In this document: in pieces, positions 1 to 14,861 of the stretch
Numbering within the stretch: the first letter of the stretch is position 1
Layout: the number at the start of each line of letters is the position of its first letter
Assembly: GCA_012295275.1 (NCBI GenBank)
Contig: CM022670.1
Span: 24,428,001 to 24,492,000, forward strand
Length of the DNA: 64,000 nt
From: Chrysomallon squamiferum
Taxonomy: Eukaryota > Animalia > Mollusca
Reading direction: 5' to 3'
Translations under genes and position numbers: made by a program
Notes under the pieces: generated by a model
Databases searched by the model: none
What the model was told of the DNA's origin: nothing
Seen by the model: only the letters and a program-made list of their open reading frames with translations

Positions 1-136
1 GTGGCAGTCTGAATAATATTTAGTTGCAATATTTATTATTTATCTTTTTTTTCTTCTTTTTTTTTTTTATCGAAAAAATGGGCAATAAATATACACATAC
101 AACAATAACATACATTTAAGTGAAGCACATGCACCA

Positions 137-175
<39 letters not shown>

Positions 176-455
176 TACATACATACACACACAATCGTAA
201 TACACAGGCCTCCACAGTCATCAAGTCAAAATGCCATAATGGATATTGTGTAACGTAACAGCTTCTTTTTGAATGTCATAAACATAACGTTATCTGCGAA
301 TGAATTCGAATCATGTATTTGACATTGAAACTTAAATTAACACGGTATTTCGTCTTTTACAAAAACACACCCATAAACACACCCACTCACCCATCCACAT
401 ACACACACATACATCCACACACAGGCACCTGAAGTATAAATCAAGTATTACGAAC

Positions 456-831
456 TGCTCTGGCGTTCTTCCAGATAACTGCCGTTGAAGGGTCAATTAG
501 GTTATCAACTGCTTCTCCATAACCCTGAAATTTGAAATATTACAATGTTTGCTCAGAAATATTCAGAGACGATCACTAACCAATCATTTAAACCATATAA
601 TTGTTTTATATATAATCTATCACATCAAAAATAAAAACAAATAATAATAATAATAATCATAATAATAATAATAATAATAGTAGTAGTAGTAGTAGAAGTA
701 ATAGTAGTAGTAGTAGTAGTAATAGTAGTAGTATAGTAATAATAATAATAATAATAATAGTAGCGGTAGTAGTAGTAGAAGTAATAGTAATAGTAGTAGT
801 AGTAGTAGTAGTAATAGTAGTAATAGTATTA

Positions 832-875
<44 letters not shown>

Positions 876-3800
876 AATAAATAAATAAAAAAACATAAAA
901 ACCTGAACCATTCTCTCCATCTTCACATCCCCGTCTGATGCTTTTAGCACGGCGTCAGCGATAGTTTCTATGACACCAGCAGCGAAGGCCAGGTCGCCTG
1001 GGTACAACCGCGCACCCGTGTCATCCTCGACTACAGACGTGGCGTTCGCGAGTCGTCTGGCTAAATCCAGAATCACTTCTGAAGACACAGAGTCGTTCAC
1101 TCTCAGCAGGTTTGCCTGTAGTAAATACATGTTCATACGTAGTTCAGTCTGTACAAAGTGTGGCTAAATGTTTATGTGAAATGATTGTTTTTTGATTATG
1201 TAGCAAGATAGGAGGAGTTTGTATGCGTCACTAATGGAAGATACGAAATCAAGTGATCTTTAGCCAGATAATGTTTTCTTAATACGATGACGACTTGTTG
1301 AATGTTTTCTTTTTCTAATGGTTATGTGTGTAAACATTTTCAGTAATTGGTTAATTTTAGATAATAAATTTTAAATTGAAAATATTATATTAATCCAGAG
1401 ATGTAATTTCTCGAACCTGAAATTCAGGTGGTTCGAAGGAAAAATAAATATTATTATTATTATTTTACAAGACAGGCTTGCATAATTATAGTATATTTGC
1501 TGATTTTAGATTTAAAGAAAGCTATTTTATGTGTCTAACGCTTAATTGCAGATCGCTTTTTATTCCTAAGATCTTTTGTACAATATGTACCGTATGTAAT
1601 GCTTAATTTTTGGTTTAAAGCACAAAAGCTGAACTGTATTTTTCATAATGGACTCTTTTCTTTTAACAGCAGCAGCGGTAGACTTAGATAAAATAAACCA
1701 CCTATTTTTCTGTTTCTCTGCTGTTATATAACATGCGAATAAATCTTTTCTAATTAAGGATTATTTGCATAATCTCCCTTCAATGTAGGGGGACAGTTAT
1801 TGTTTTTGATTAATTATCATTTTGATCACCGTTATGTAATTGATGATATATTTTATAATTTTATTAACAGTAATACGAAGTAACTGAAATTGTAAGAATG
1901 TTGTTTTTTGTTACGGGTTGTAAATCAGTAAATTCATAAATAATCAGTATATCCTTTCTTTCTGTTCGTCTCTCCTATGCTTTGTGTTTGAACTTTGAAT
2001 AATTTGAGTGAAGGTATATGATGTCCTGACATAAGTGCTACATAATTAAAAAATATCACAATACTGTTTTTAAAATCAACACTAAACTAATCTCTTACCT
2101 CTTTGTTAATTGCTAAGATGTGAGGACTGACGCATTTGCTCAGGTCTGGTCGTACCCAAGATCCACCCGTCACCGAGAAAGAATTGTACACACACATTCT
2201 ACTAGCGGAACCTATGTGTAAAATCAAGAAATAACGAAACAGTGCCAGTGAAATAAAGAAGAAGAAGGAGGAAAATGACTGAAAAGAAATCACAATAAAG
2301 AAAACCAGAATTATTATTATTATTTTTTTTAAATGTATATATTGAAATTGAAATCACTATCATTGTCATCAGTGTCAGAACAGAACAGTAACATCGACAG
2401 GATTTGAAAAATCTAATAAAATTTTAAAGGATGACCTACCAAGAATTCCTTTGGGGCATTTCTGAATGTCTTCGTGACTGGCCAGAGTGTCAGCCCATGT
2501 GATACCACTTCCAAACACAGAGTCTGTGTCTTCTAAACAGTGTGCTGAGCCTACAGAAAAACAGAACGAGAATTTAAGACGCGAGTCTCCCTTAAATCCT
2601 TTTAAAGTTTTCATCATTCTTCCTGATAATTTCAGAGTAAAACTTTAAAGAAATGTTTTGTGTCATTTTTTTTTTACCTTTCGGAATTGAACAGTACCGT
2701 CCTGTGTGTTGTTCAGAACAGAAACACTGAAATCCCGAGCCATCTATTGTGCAGGTGCCTCCATTTTGACAGGGTTTGAAGTCACATTTATCAAACGGTA
2801 CATCGCACACTTTTCCCTTGAACCCTGCAGCACAAGAACAACTGAAACTGTTTTCGAAATCTGTACACGTCGCTCCGTTGTGACAGGGATTTGCACTGCA
2901 TGTCATGATATCACACATAAAACCTGCAAAGTATAGCAATATTTCGTTATTACAGAGAGTCTTGCTGGAAATAATCAACATATTTATATATGTTTACCGC
3001 TATCGTCGGCTCACTAGTCAAGAATCCCAGCGAAAGTGAAGGATTATGTTTGTTTCAGATTAGAATGTTTAATTTTTACAACCACTTAATTGTTAAATCA
3101 GTTAAGTCTGACAGTAATTCGACAATATGAACAATAACAAAATAACAATAAAAACAACAACAATAATAACAATGATAATCACCATGACGACAGCAACGGC
3201 AAAGATAAAACATGGTAACTATTTTCACCTTTAAATCCTGTGGGACAGATACACTCGTAAGATCCAACATTATCCTGGCACGTCGCGTTCTGTGGACAAG
3301 GATTCGACGAACATTCCATAATCTCTGTCTGACACATACTGCCGACGTATCCGACTGGACAAACACATTTATAGGACCCCTCTGAATTCAGACAGGTACC
3401 TCCGTTCTGACAAGCATTGTCATTTAGACACTCGTTAACGTCATCCTGACAGAGAATCCCTGAATACCCGGTTACGCAGACACACTTGAAGGAAGAGCCA
3501 TCTGATACACACGTACCATTAGCAAAGCAAGGCTGGGAGTAACAAGGGTCGATGTCAGTGAGGCGGGCTTCACAGTTAGTACCAGTGTATCCGTCCTTGC
3601 AGGAGCAGTCGTATCTGATACCAGCAGAACTTGGTGCTGTCGTGCAAGTAGACGATGTGTCGTTCTTGCAGAATGTGCTGCAGTTAAATGTCACTAGAAT
3701 GAAGTGATATATATTCATTATAATAAAAATATAATAAATCACTGACAATAAAGTTTACGAAAATTCCGATTTTCTTAATTAATTTTTTTTTTTGGGGGAG

Positions 3801-4835
3801 GGGTGATTCTGGTATTGTAGCTGGATTATAGTATGACATTAATTTTGATGTTTCAGTATTAGAAAAAGCCAAAAACCTTTATTATTCAAAACATTAATTT
3901 TTAAACCCAGAGAATATATATTTGTGTTGTGTGTGTGAGGTCACAAACATACACACACACAGCATAGTTGCACAAACACACATTTTAAAAATGTATATAT
4001 CATTTTATTCTTAAATACCGATAGTTTTTTTTAACAGACTACCATTCTTTGGTAAGCTTTTCACTATCTTACATAGATTTTGGATATGACACAAAGAATG
4101 TTAATATCTGGAGTACTAAATAAAACAAAGCAGCTTTCTTTTGAAATTCTCTTCTTACCTTCATGCGCTATTTCCAGTTTTCCTCCCCATGGCTCATCGT
4201 CTGGCTGAACTTTGTACACAAGTTGGAGATCGCTGTGTGAGAACGCCAAGTAGTCTGTGAGACAGACGTTGTACGTCCTGTTAGTCTCTAGCTCTCTAAC
4301 CTTAACAAACCAAACAAAACCATACACTGAAGCTTTTTAAACAAACCGTCAGTGTAGAGCTAGAACTTCAAAACGAGCTGATACAATGTGAAACGAGTGT
4401 TTTATTTATTTATTTATTTATTTATCTTTTTAATATAATTTTAAATTCTGATTATTTTGTATTTCCAGTCCGTTATAATAGCAACTCTGCTTAAATAGAA
4501 AAAAATATTATTTATATTACTTTATAACATGTGTTTTACTAAAACATTCTGTGATATTTAACAAAATTTCGTTTTTCATTTGTTGTTTTCCTCAGCTTAT
4601 TTCTTATAAAAAGAAAAAAAGGCCCGTTTTCAAGTTGAAAAAAATAATAAAATAATAATAATAATCATAAAAAAATAAAATAAATCAAAAATTAAAATAT
4701 ACAAAAAAACATAAAACAAAAGTAATATTAACAACAATTAAATTATTTAGACCATATAAAAAATATAAATAAATATATATATTAAAAATAAAAGTAACAG
4801 TAATAATAACTCTAACAACAACAACAACAATAACA

Positions 4836-4894
<59 letters not shown>

Positions 4895-7800
4895 GAATAA
4901 GAATAAGAATAAGAATAAGAATACAGAACTTTATCTGTAATTAAAAGGTACTTAAATTAACCTACTACAATAGGAGTGTGACTGCAGAATGGAAGATTGT
5001 TGATCTCTTGTGCTAAACGGACAATCGTCAACGCATTGGCTGAGGGCAGAAACCAGTGACACTCCAAGCCTACAGGCGGTGGATGAGGAAAATTTGGCAG
5101 CTCTATCTGGCCTGGATGGGTGATGTTGATGTCACATATTCCTGGAACAACAAAGGAAATGTTATTATTATGTATCCCGAGAATTATTAGTTAAATTAGA
5201 AAACGATCAGTAACAACCAGAGCGATCAGGACATTTCAGACAAATAAGATGAAATATACTAAATATAAGTTAAAATGAAATAAAATAAATTAAAATGTTC
5301 TAGTAGTAGTAGTAGTAGTAGTAATAATAATAATAATAATAATAACAATAATAAAATTGAGCTGGCTAAGTCATACCTGAATACGCCAAAGTACATAAGA
5401 AGTAATTTAATAAATAATGTGTACACGATTTTAAAAAACCCTCAAAATGTAGCCCTAAAACTAACAGGTGCAAATAAGTGTCATTAACGTGTATCCAACT
5501 AAAACTGACCGGTATAGTTGAGTCGAAATCCTCGCCTCTGATTTTGATCGTCTGACACAAACGTGATGACGACTCTGTTGGTGATAGAATTCACTGGAGC
5601 AAGAAAACTTTTTTCCCCACAACCCTCGAACAGCGAGCGATTGGAGTCTGTAATCTGTTATAACAGAAACAAATACTCTCTTTATTTATCTGTGTTCAGT
5701 GAATGCGAGCTTGTTATTTTCATATGCACTACAAAAAAGTATATTTTACTGTACTGAAAGAGATCTACTACAGCTGGAAGGTTATTATACACAGGCAAAC
5801 AATTATAGGCTGTGATACGGTTCTTTAGTCATCGCTCAATGTTTGTGTGTTAATATAGGTGTTTAAAAAAATGTGTTTGCTCATATTAACGAATAAACAA
5901 TAATTATGAACTATTCAGTATTAAGGCTGTGACTGAATATGTGGGAAAGAAATGAAATTAAAGATATGGTACGCCTGCTGAAATCATATATTATTATTAT
6001 TATTATTATTATTATTGTCTATGTAAATGCAAATGATTCTATCTAAAAGTTTTGTTAGTTTTAATTTAGTTTATTATGACAAACTGAATGAACATATGCT
6101 ATTATATTATATGGACAATCTTTTTATAAAAATGCACATATGCAGAACCATATAGTAGTGATGCTAGTTCCATCTGGCAAAACGTTTTATCATTTTATTT
6201 TTATGAATTATATTCACACATACACGGACAGAGATACTAGCGAACTGTACAGCATCTGTTACCTCATTTAGTCCTATTCTCATAATTAAAAATACAGCTT
6301 TGAAATATATATATATATATATACATACATACACACACACGCATACGCCAGATTAACTTTATTTCTAATTTTTCTGTTTAGTAAGGAATCATTTGGTTTT
6401 AACCTATAAACCTATTCTGTAAAGAACATGCTGGTAAAGGTTTAAAACAACATGAATGTGACGTAAAATTATTTTAATAATCTCTTCAAATTAAAATGGT
6501 TCTTACAGATACGCTGTCAAATTCACAATTTGTTTTCCCGTCAGATCCGCTGTTTTCTTTGAATCCTTCTTCAATGTCAAATATGTCAAAGGTCAGACGT
6601 ATTTTATTTCCGCTCCCCACTCTGATAAGCCATGTGCAGTTTTGGTTATTTGGGTAAACACTTTTGTTAAATCCAGGACTTACTATGCTTCCCGTCCATT
6701 CAGTCAAAACAATCGGCTGATCGCCAAATTCACAGTCAGCCAACGCAGATGCTAGTAAAGAATAAAAAAAAAAGAGAGAAAAATTTAATTAAAGTGAACG
6801 ATAAATAAAATGTCTAAAAATCTTAAATCTTGCAGTTCAGATCTGTCATCGTGTGTTTTACTGACTGTTTTGCAAAGATTTGTCGTTCTGTTGCTAGTGG
6901 AATGATTAAAAAGGTTATAAAAGTTATGTAAAACTATCTATCTCTGTTAACTTTCAAATCAACAGATTTGTTTTTCTCATTCATTACACACCTCGTCGAG
7001 CTTATGTTTAGGTTGATTCGCTAAGTTTTTAACAAGCGACAAAGAGCTTCGACATCTTTGTATTTGAACTAGAAGCAGAATAAGAGATCATTGCTAAGAA
7101 CGTGCAGATATAAACTGAAAGATTTCAAAAAAGTATAATCAGAAACAATTAGAAATAGTCAGTGTAGAATGTTTGTCAAACGTACGTTAATTTGAGATGG
7201 TTGGCATTCCAGCCAGTAACACACGACTGATTTGTAAAATGAATCTTTTCTTTCATGTTTTTACATTTACATAGCATGAAAAATACAGACAATAAACAAA
7301 TAATAAACAAAAATTAACATCTTTACAAATGTGTACTCTGTATTATATATATATAATTGTTTTGTTTTTTATTATTTGTTTATTGTCTTTATTTTTCTTG
7401 CTGTGTAAATGTAAAAATATGAAAGAAAAGATTCACTTATATATATATATATATATAAAAAAAATAAATAAAACAAATATATGAGAAAAGAAAAGAAATA
7501 AGAAAAACGAAAGAAAAAAGAAAAGAAATAAGAAAAACGAAAGAAAAAAGAAGATAAATAAGTACTAGTAAAAATACAAATTTAAAAACAAAAATAACAA
7601 CAATGACAAAGTAGTGGGACACGCAAAAAAGTAACAGAGTAAGAAATGTTTTCACTGTCCTCATTACATTCAAATGACTTAAGTGCGAAATGTAAGGAAA
7701 AGCTTAGATTCAGTGTTAAACATGTCACTGACTTGCAATATTAATTCACATGAAAGCGACGCGACGTAGAGTCTATCCTAAACTGTGACAGAATTACCTT

Positions 7801-8421
7801 AAAATTCTTTTTCACATTTGTTTAATGCGACTTATAATCAACCTTGAATAAGGAGGTGGGCCAACAAGAAAAGGTCATAGGCTGTGCACTAAAGAAAAAA
7901 CTTTACTTTTAATGAATTTTGCTAATAGTCAAGTGATGTCGAGAACGCCTTTGTTTGCTGTTGTAATGAGTAAAGAGATATTGGAAAAAAACAAGAAAAG
8001 AAAATCTTCCAAACATCTGTACAAATGTGTAAATAACACAGGACTACGACAGATATATCAAAACTTCTTTAAAATTTTTGGAAAGGTTCATAGTATTATA
8101 AACGACAGCCGTTGGTTGCTCTTTCATTTGTTCATTAAAGAAGGAATGATGCCATATAATAACGGGTTACAAATATTATATAACCCTGAACTGAAATTAT
8201 TTTGCTTTAATTTCACCTTATATTCGAATTTGATATTTACACGTTTTGTTTTTATATGAATATAGATCATCTTGCTGAAGATTTGAAAAATGAATTAAAA
8301 CTGATACCAGTTCTCGGTGGATGTTATTTTTCACGAGATTGCAAGGGAAAACTGATATGAATTCAAACTTTATATATCTCTTTCAAAATCAAAAGTTAAA
8401 GTTTTATATTAATATGTCCAC

Positions 8422-8491
<70 letters not shown>

Positions 8492-8704
8492 TAAAAAAAA
8501 AAATAATAAAAAAAAATAAAAAAATAAAATAAAATGAAATAAAAAAAAAATAAAGAAAAACGAAACAGTTAAAAGCAAAAAAGCAACAACTGAAGAAAAA
8601 GGACTTACATGATGAATATAAACAACAAATTCTCACAAAAGAAAAACAAACAACAAACCTGTAACTGTTATTAACAGCAAAATACGAAACGTCACTCTTG
8701 TCAT
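456..8704 (-). CDS. Adhesion G-protein-coupled receptor, N-terminal part (SP-CUB-CUB-like-6xEGF-HormR-GAIN); partial, continues beyond the left edge of the window
   Basis: Hand-spliced exons (minus strand): 8704-8659, 6751-6507, 5654-5510, 5141-4966, 4300-4159, 3693-3229, 2923-2678, 2550-2440, 2211-2099, 1115-903, 524-456. All are GT-AG and phase-compatible; the 456 donor is the least certain. Signal peptide MTRVTFRILLLITVT^ASALA. CUB motifs GSIVSPGF..YPNNQNCTWLI..FDIE..CEFDSV..FVSD...RRGFRLNY. Six EGF repeats. HormR motif C..D...GITW......IQKCP.G..GSASRMC...GSWVRPDLSKC. GAIN-like LYPGDL and AVDNLIDP...W. The GPS and 7TM are not in the window, so receptor identity is inferred from the domain order. 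Confidence 0.88.
641..890. repeat. Compound (AAT)n/(AGT)n/(AAAT)n microsatellite
   Basis: Directly visible; intronic. Confidence 0.95.
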
Positions 8705-8725
8705 TGCATTTAGACCAAAAGCTAG

Positions 8726-8757
<32 letters not shown>

Positions 8758-9440
8758 ATAAAATAAAATAACATTTTAAAAAATTAACATTCGATAGTAT
8801 CAGGAATAGAAAGTTATTACAGAGAAAACTAAAAAAAAAATTAATATAAAAAGATAATTATAATTAAATATTTTGCTGCTGTTACCGAAAGCAGACTTTT
8901 GCAACCGATGTTAAACATGGAGGCTTTGACTGAAAAGTCTGCTTTGGAGAGAAATATTTGTTTCTCAGCTGACACTCGGTTGTCATTTAATTGTAATAAA
9001 ACATATTTTAGTTTCATATCATTTTAATCTTTACAAACCGTTACTGTGTATATATACACAGTACGGTTATATATATAAAACATTTGATATAGTAAGAGAC
9101 AACCAGAAGCTGATTATAATGTGACCATATAAATTTGTCAGTACTTTGTTTACAGTAATACCCCGGACGAAAGTAACTGATGCTGTGTTGACTTTATAGC
9201 CCACACAGCCAAACAGGTAGAACATTACTGAAATTCCTTGTACATAGATGGAATTAATTATACTGTATTTACTGCTTTATTTTAGAGCAGAAACAATGTA
9301 TTAATTTATGGATATTTCAATATTTCTAACATAAATTTATAATTAATATAATATAACATATCTTTTTTTTTTTCAAAATAAAACAAAAACAAAACAACAA
9401 TAATAGTATACAACGCTTATTAGAAATAAAGTAATTAAAA

Positions 9441-9478
<38 letters not shown>

Positions 9479-10783
9479 TTATTTTGTTCCCAACACAAAT
9501 ATATGAAGTTATTAAATAGTTAAATATAAATAATGATTACTACAGAATGAAACGTTTGACATAAATGGAATAGTTTTAATAATTATTTCAGTGAAAACGT
9601 TACTAATATAAATAAATATATCAGTAAGTAATATTTAGGTGAATTTTTTTATTAAAAAAAAAAACATTATTAAAAAAGTCATGTCAGTCACTCTAAACAT
9701 AACTTTAAATGTGTAGTTTATATTTATTTATATTTAAAAAAAAAATAATAAACAAACAAACAAAACAACAAACAAACAAACAAACAAACAACAACGTTCA
9801 TCATTTAACGAAAACATTGTAAAAATTATATTAATATTTTCCAACGAGCAGCATCAACAAACTTCGTAATAAGACCCACACAACATTCTACTATTATTTT
9901 GTCTTTTATAAAAAAAATTATAACCCCCCAAAAAAAACAGCCACCCCCCCTCAAAAAAAAAAACAAACAAACAAACAAAACATTGTCCGTTAGGCATGTT
10001 ACACTTACTTGATTTAATCTTTGTATTATCTTTCGTTTCGGTTTTTCCCTCAACATTCACAAAGGCTGCTAATATTCGTGATCCGTGAACATACAGTCGT
10101 GAAGGTAGCTGTTACTTGAACGTATGAAAAACGTCCACTGTTTGTCTTCTACCCGCAAAGACGGAATTCGCTCGTCGTCCAATTAGACTGTATTGACGCT
10201 TGGCGGGGTTTTAAATCGTTTGCCGAAAGCTTCTCTCAAGATGTCTTATAAACAGATAAAACCCAGTGTTACGAACAAAAGCTTTTTTTTTTAAAAATTA
10301 ATATTACTTTATGTATGTATTTGTGAGTGCGCATTCTTCAGCGTTTATGTATTATTTGTTTAACCGTACAAATATCTTTTTTTTTTTTGTTTGTTAATTA
10401 ATTAATTAATTCTGTTCATTTTAATTCTCAGTTTTATTTATTTTATATTAATCATTTTTAGTTTATTATTGCTTATGAAACTAAAAACAGAGGAATAACA
10501 ACAACAGCTACAAATAACAGAATCATAACAAAACAAGAGCAAATCCCAAAACATATTTTGTAATAAATCACGACACAAATCATCACAAAAAAACATGTTT
10601 CAAAAATTCAGAACAAATACCATAGGCCAAAGGAAGGGACCCACTCACTAGTAAATAAAAAAAATAATAAAGTATAGTACATTTTTCCTTCAATATATAT
10701 ATATATTAATTTTAAAAATTTTCATTCCCTCGGCCTCTTCACGTTTTCATCAACCAATTAAATTTTGCATCTGTGTGACTCAC

Positions 10784-11020
10784 CGAGTCACGGCGTACTT
10801 TGTGAAATTGCTAGAGGTTTTTCAGTGACACAGGTTTGTCGAAACCGCGCTCGTAATGGGTTAGCATTCTTTTGGATGTTCGTCTTCAAACACTTCTCAG
10901 TGTTGATGCGACTGTGTTAGATGACGTTAATGCTGTTGGTTGCGGGGTACGTGGTCAAACAAGAAACTGGTAGATGACGTTTGTTAGGAAACTTGTTGCT
11001 GAATGTTTTTATGCGAGGCT
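10784..11020 (-). other. Candidate non-coding 5' UTR exon of the adhesion GPCR
   Basis: CpG-richer block ending in a consensus donor TCG|gtgagt at 10784/10783. The first coding exon has a strong acceptor (poly-T..ctag) at 8722/8721, so an upstream exon is expected. The 5' boundary is approximate. Confidence 0.4.
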
Positions 11021-11075
11021 GAAGTAGCAATAGTACTACACAGGAAGAAGATAACTAATGTTAGCATGAACAAGA

Positions 11076-11202
<127 letters not shown>

Positions 11203-11446
11203 TCTATCTATCGATCTATCTATATTTATACATTTCGTATTAACAAAATACGAAGACTACATAAATTTCTATATTTTTGTGATGGAACAGTATTTACTTT
11301 GATAAATTACCTCTTTAGTGTTTTATTGCTGGTTTGGGTCTTGTCAGTTTTATTCGGCTCACGTCGAATGGCAGATCCTTGCTTTTAATCTTCTCATAAA
11401 ATTCATAGCTTAAAACTGTAACCAGTTATTCCCTATGTACATAAAT

Positions 11447-11503
<57 letters not shown>

Positions 11504-11949
11504 CATGCACACACACAGCCAAAATTCAATTAATAAAATGACCTTAATATAATAAACACCTTAACATAACACAGTACGGCATAATAATAGAATATATATT
11601 AAATAAACAGAAAAGAAGAATTAGATACAGATATAGATCATCTTCCCACTACCGGATAATCTTTCTTAAAACAACCCACCATTACGTCTTCAGAATGAAT
11701 CACTGAGATTTTTAAAAGTCTTAGATATTCAAAATGACCTCTAATGAGAGTATTTATACAAACAGTACTGATACTGTTTAAATGGTTTATCAACACTAAC
11801 TCGTCCATAGCTTGAACACAGAAGAATTTAAGAAGGCGCACTGGGAAAAGACTATCTGAAGTAGAATATCCATTTTACTCCATCAATGTAACTGATATTT
11901 CAAAACCAAAAAAAAAAAAAATAATAATAATAATACACAAATATAATTG

Positions 11950-12110
11950 TGTTTATATGTGGTTAAAGACAAGACAGTGAATCACTGCCGATGCGGTACA
12001 GGTTATTCTTTTTTCAATTAGCAGCAAAGAATTTTTCCATATCCACCTTCCCATACACAGAAAAAAATATATATACCACGATCTTTGACAAAACAATTAG
12101 TTACAGTTCG
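11950..12110 (-). mobile_element. SINE-like remnant
   Basis: Shares the pattern (cctgt.tgtggga.ggtg.atat...aga....ttgctgctaattgaaaa) with 33270-33400, 44980-45050 and 51150-51235. It resembles a gastropod SINE body as recalled, not searched. Confidence 0.5.
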
Positions 12111-12735
12111 AATTATTTTTAAGCACCTTAGAAATTATATTTATTATTATTGTTATTTTTTAAATTAGTTTTATTATGAATATATACCCACGCACTGCCT
12201 TCGCCATCCTGTATACTGAAATTACTGATCCGTCCTTGTAAAATGTTATAGATGTAAAACGTATATTACATTAAATGTGACTTTAAACACACTGGATTCA
12301 CTAATGTTGTTACAAATTTATCAAAACAGTAATTCAGTTGAAACCTAATTACGTAATCGAAGTTTCAAACTACAAAATGGCTGATGTTCTAAACAGAAAG
12401 ATTTCAGTAAACTGCTTCTTTCTAATTCATGTGGATTTACTGCGTAGGAAGAGAAGAATAAAACGAAATTCAAAATTCAGATATTTTTTTTTTTATTAAA
12501 CTGCAGGTGCAATCTGGCGTCTACTCATTCTTTTCATTTCTAAGTGTCACCCGCAGAGATTACAAGAGCGTCGACAGAGAACGGGTAAACACGTGTGTTT
12601 GCTTCGCGCCTTTCGCCTTTACAGGCTCAGTCATCACAAAATATCAATGTTTGCTACAACGCGATACGCCAACAATGATCTGGACACTTGTTATTCTGCT
12701 GTCAAATTAACTCAGCTGCAAATGCTGCATCTCAC

Positions 12736-12890
12736 CTTCATTTGCTTCACTATCTTGACAGGTTTAAGAGTCGGTTGTGGTGAAGTGGTTAGTCACCGAT
12801 CTGAGACGCGACTGCTTGCAGGATCGACTCTCTTCGTTTCTTATGGCGAGCTATTACACACACCAACCCGTGCCTCAAATCTGATTTAGC
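12736..12890 (-). promoter_or_regulatory. Candidate promoter / alternative 5' UTR exon of the adhesion GPCR
   Basis: CpG-rich block (about 12500-12890) with a strong minus-strand donor AAG|gtgaga at 12736/12735 and no convincing coding frame. Confidence 0.35.
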
Positions 12891-14810
12891 AAAAGCTGTA
12901 AAATACCTCATATGTTTTGAACTGTCAATGGGAAGGTACATTTAAATATTCCGTACTGCTAACTGAAAATACATAAGCCTCATTCTGTTCATCTTTCAGT
13001 ACGCTTCCGTAACAACTTAAGAGTTGGAAGTGCTTTTTATAATTTATTATCGTGTGTATATGTTTAGGTTTTTAACATTTAATTTACTTAAAGCAGTGAA
13101 CATGAAACACTTTTGATTCTGTTTGTTGTCGGAAAACTTGGCAAAGTTATTGCGATGGTAATGAAACTTGGCGGAAACCATTAAACGTATTTACTTCCAG
13201 ATCCTGTGATCGGCGGAAAGGAGTGGTATTTGACGATAACAATAACGAGATAAAAAAAAAAAAAAAAAAAAAACTGCCGTGTAATGGAATGACGGAATGA
13301 AAATTTAGATAGAAACGCTGACTCTCCTCTTTTCAGTTCACCATAATTCACTTTATTATTGTTTTCATTTGTTTAATCTCCCCCAAAGGAACTAAATAAA
13401 TATTTTGTACTATTTTTTATTTGACAAATTATCTCAGTATAAAAAAAGTTCATTACTTGTTCATAACAAACACATCATAATCGCTCATTCTTACAGAGGT
13501 ACCATTAGAGAAGAATAATTTAATTATATACATGTGTACCTGCGTAAGTGTGTGTCTGTGTGTGATAAAGAAGGATGGAAGGAGAAAGAGAGAGAAAGAC
13601 GAAGAGGCAGATATAATCGAATACAAAATTCTGTTCAGACTGAGTCGTGTTTAAAAACCGTGCGGACTGTTTCATCTACTTTATTTACATTACGTGGGAT
13701 ACAATAGATCCTGTAAACAACTGGGACAGAAAAAACAAAATTTTCCGAATTCTAGCAAGTTGTGAAGTAATTAAGGTGTTGGAATTTGGTTTCCCTGACA
13801 ACGCCATTTTTCTTTATTGACAGCGAAACATGTAAGATGTGTGAAAGTGAAGATGAAGTGTCTTATTTTCTCTGTTGTAAACCAGTAAGGTGTAGGCTGC
13901 TAGAAACCAGACAAAAGTTTATACGCTGCGGTGGAAGAAACGCACGCACGTGTATGTTTATGACTGTGTGAAGAATAAAATACCGCGCATGACAATTTGT
14001 TTCATTAATGTATTTGTTTTTATGAACAGGGGGAGGGGAAGAAAGAAGAATAAGAAGAAACAAACTCATCCCTATAAAAAAAAAAAAACGAGAAAAGTTT
14101 AAGAGTATTTGTTTTTATACACATATATTTTCTCTGAGGATTTACAATATAAATATATGTGTCTGTGTATTGGTGAAAGTGTTTCAAAGTTTGCTATAAC
14201 ATACCATATTTCAGGAAGTAATTCAAAAATAATATATCTATATAGTGTTACCTATTTATATCATGTTTAATTAAAAAAAAAAAAAAAAAAAAAAAAATTC
14301 AACAACAAAATAAAAGGAAACAAAAATAACGAAATAAACTTTGGACATTTAACAGATATTTACATCTTAATTATTATGCATATATCCACAGATAAACACA
14401 CGTATACATTATCTACCAAAAGAAACCGTCTACAAAAATAAACAATAAATTTACTTATTATATACGTTGTATAGGAAAATTGACGCTGTTGTTTTTTTGT
14501 GTCTACATATACCCTGATATCTTCCATCCGCGTAAGCTAAACATGTCAGACTAGATAGATGACAAATGCAATGTTATGTGTGTGTGTGTGCGCGTGTATC
14601 TGTTTGTGAGAATGTCAGTGTGTAATAAATTGTTAAGGTATGAAAAAAATAAAATAAAGCAAACTAATAAAAAAAAGAAGATAAATGAACAGATAAAAAT
14701 GGATGAAACGTCAAAAGATCTTTAAAACGAAACCAAGAATTAACGGGAATAACAACAACAAAACAATATATATATATAAACATAGCATGTATATATGCAT
14801 GTATATATGC

Positions 14811-14861
<51 letters not shown>

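Noticed and set aside
7437-7673. Hydrophobic ORF that could be the aGPCR signal peptide
   Set aside because: The hydrophobicity comes from A-rich low-complexity sequence. Exon 8704-8659 gives a cleaner signal peptide with the correct splice phase.
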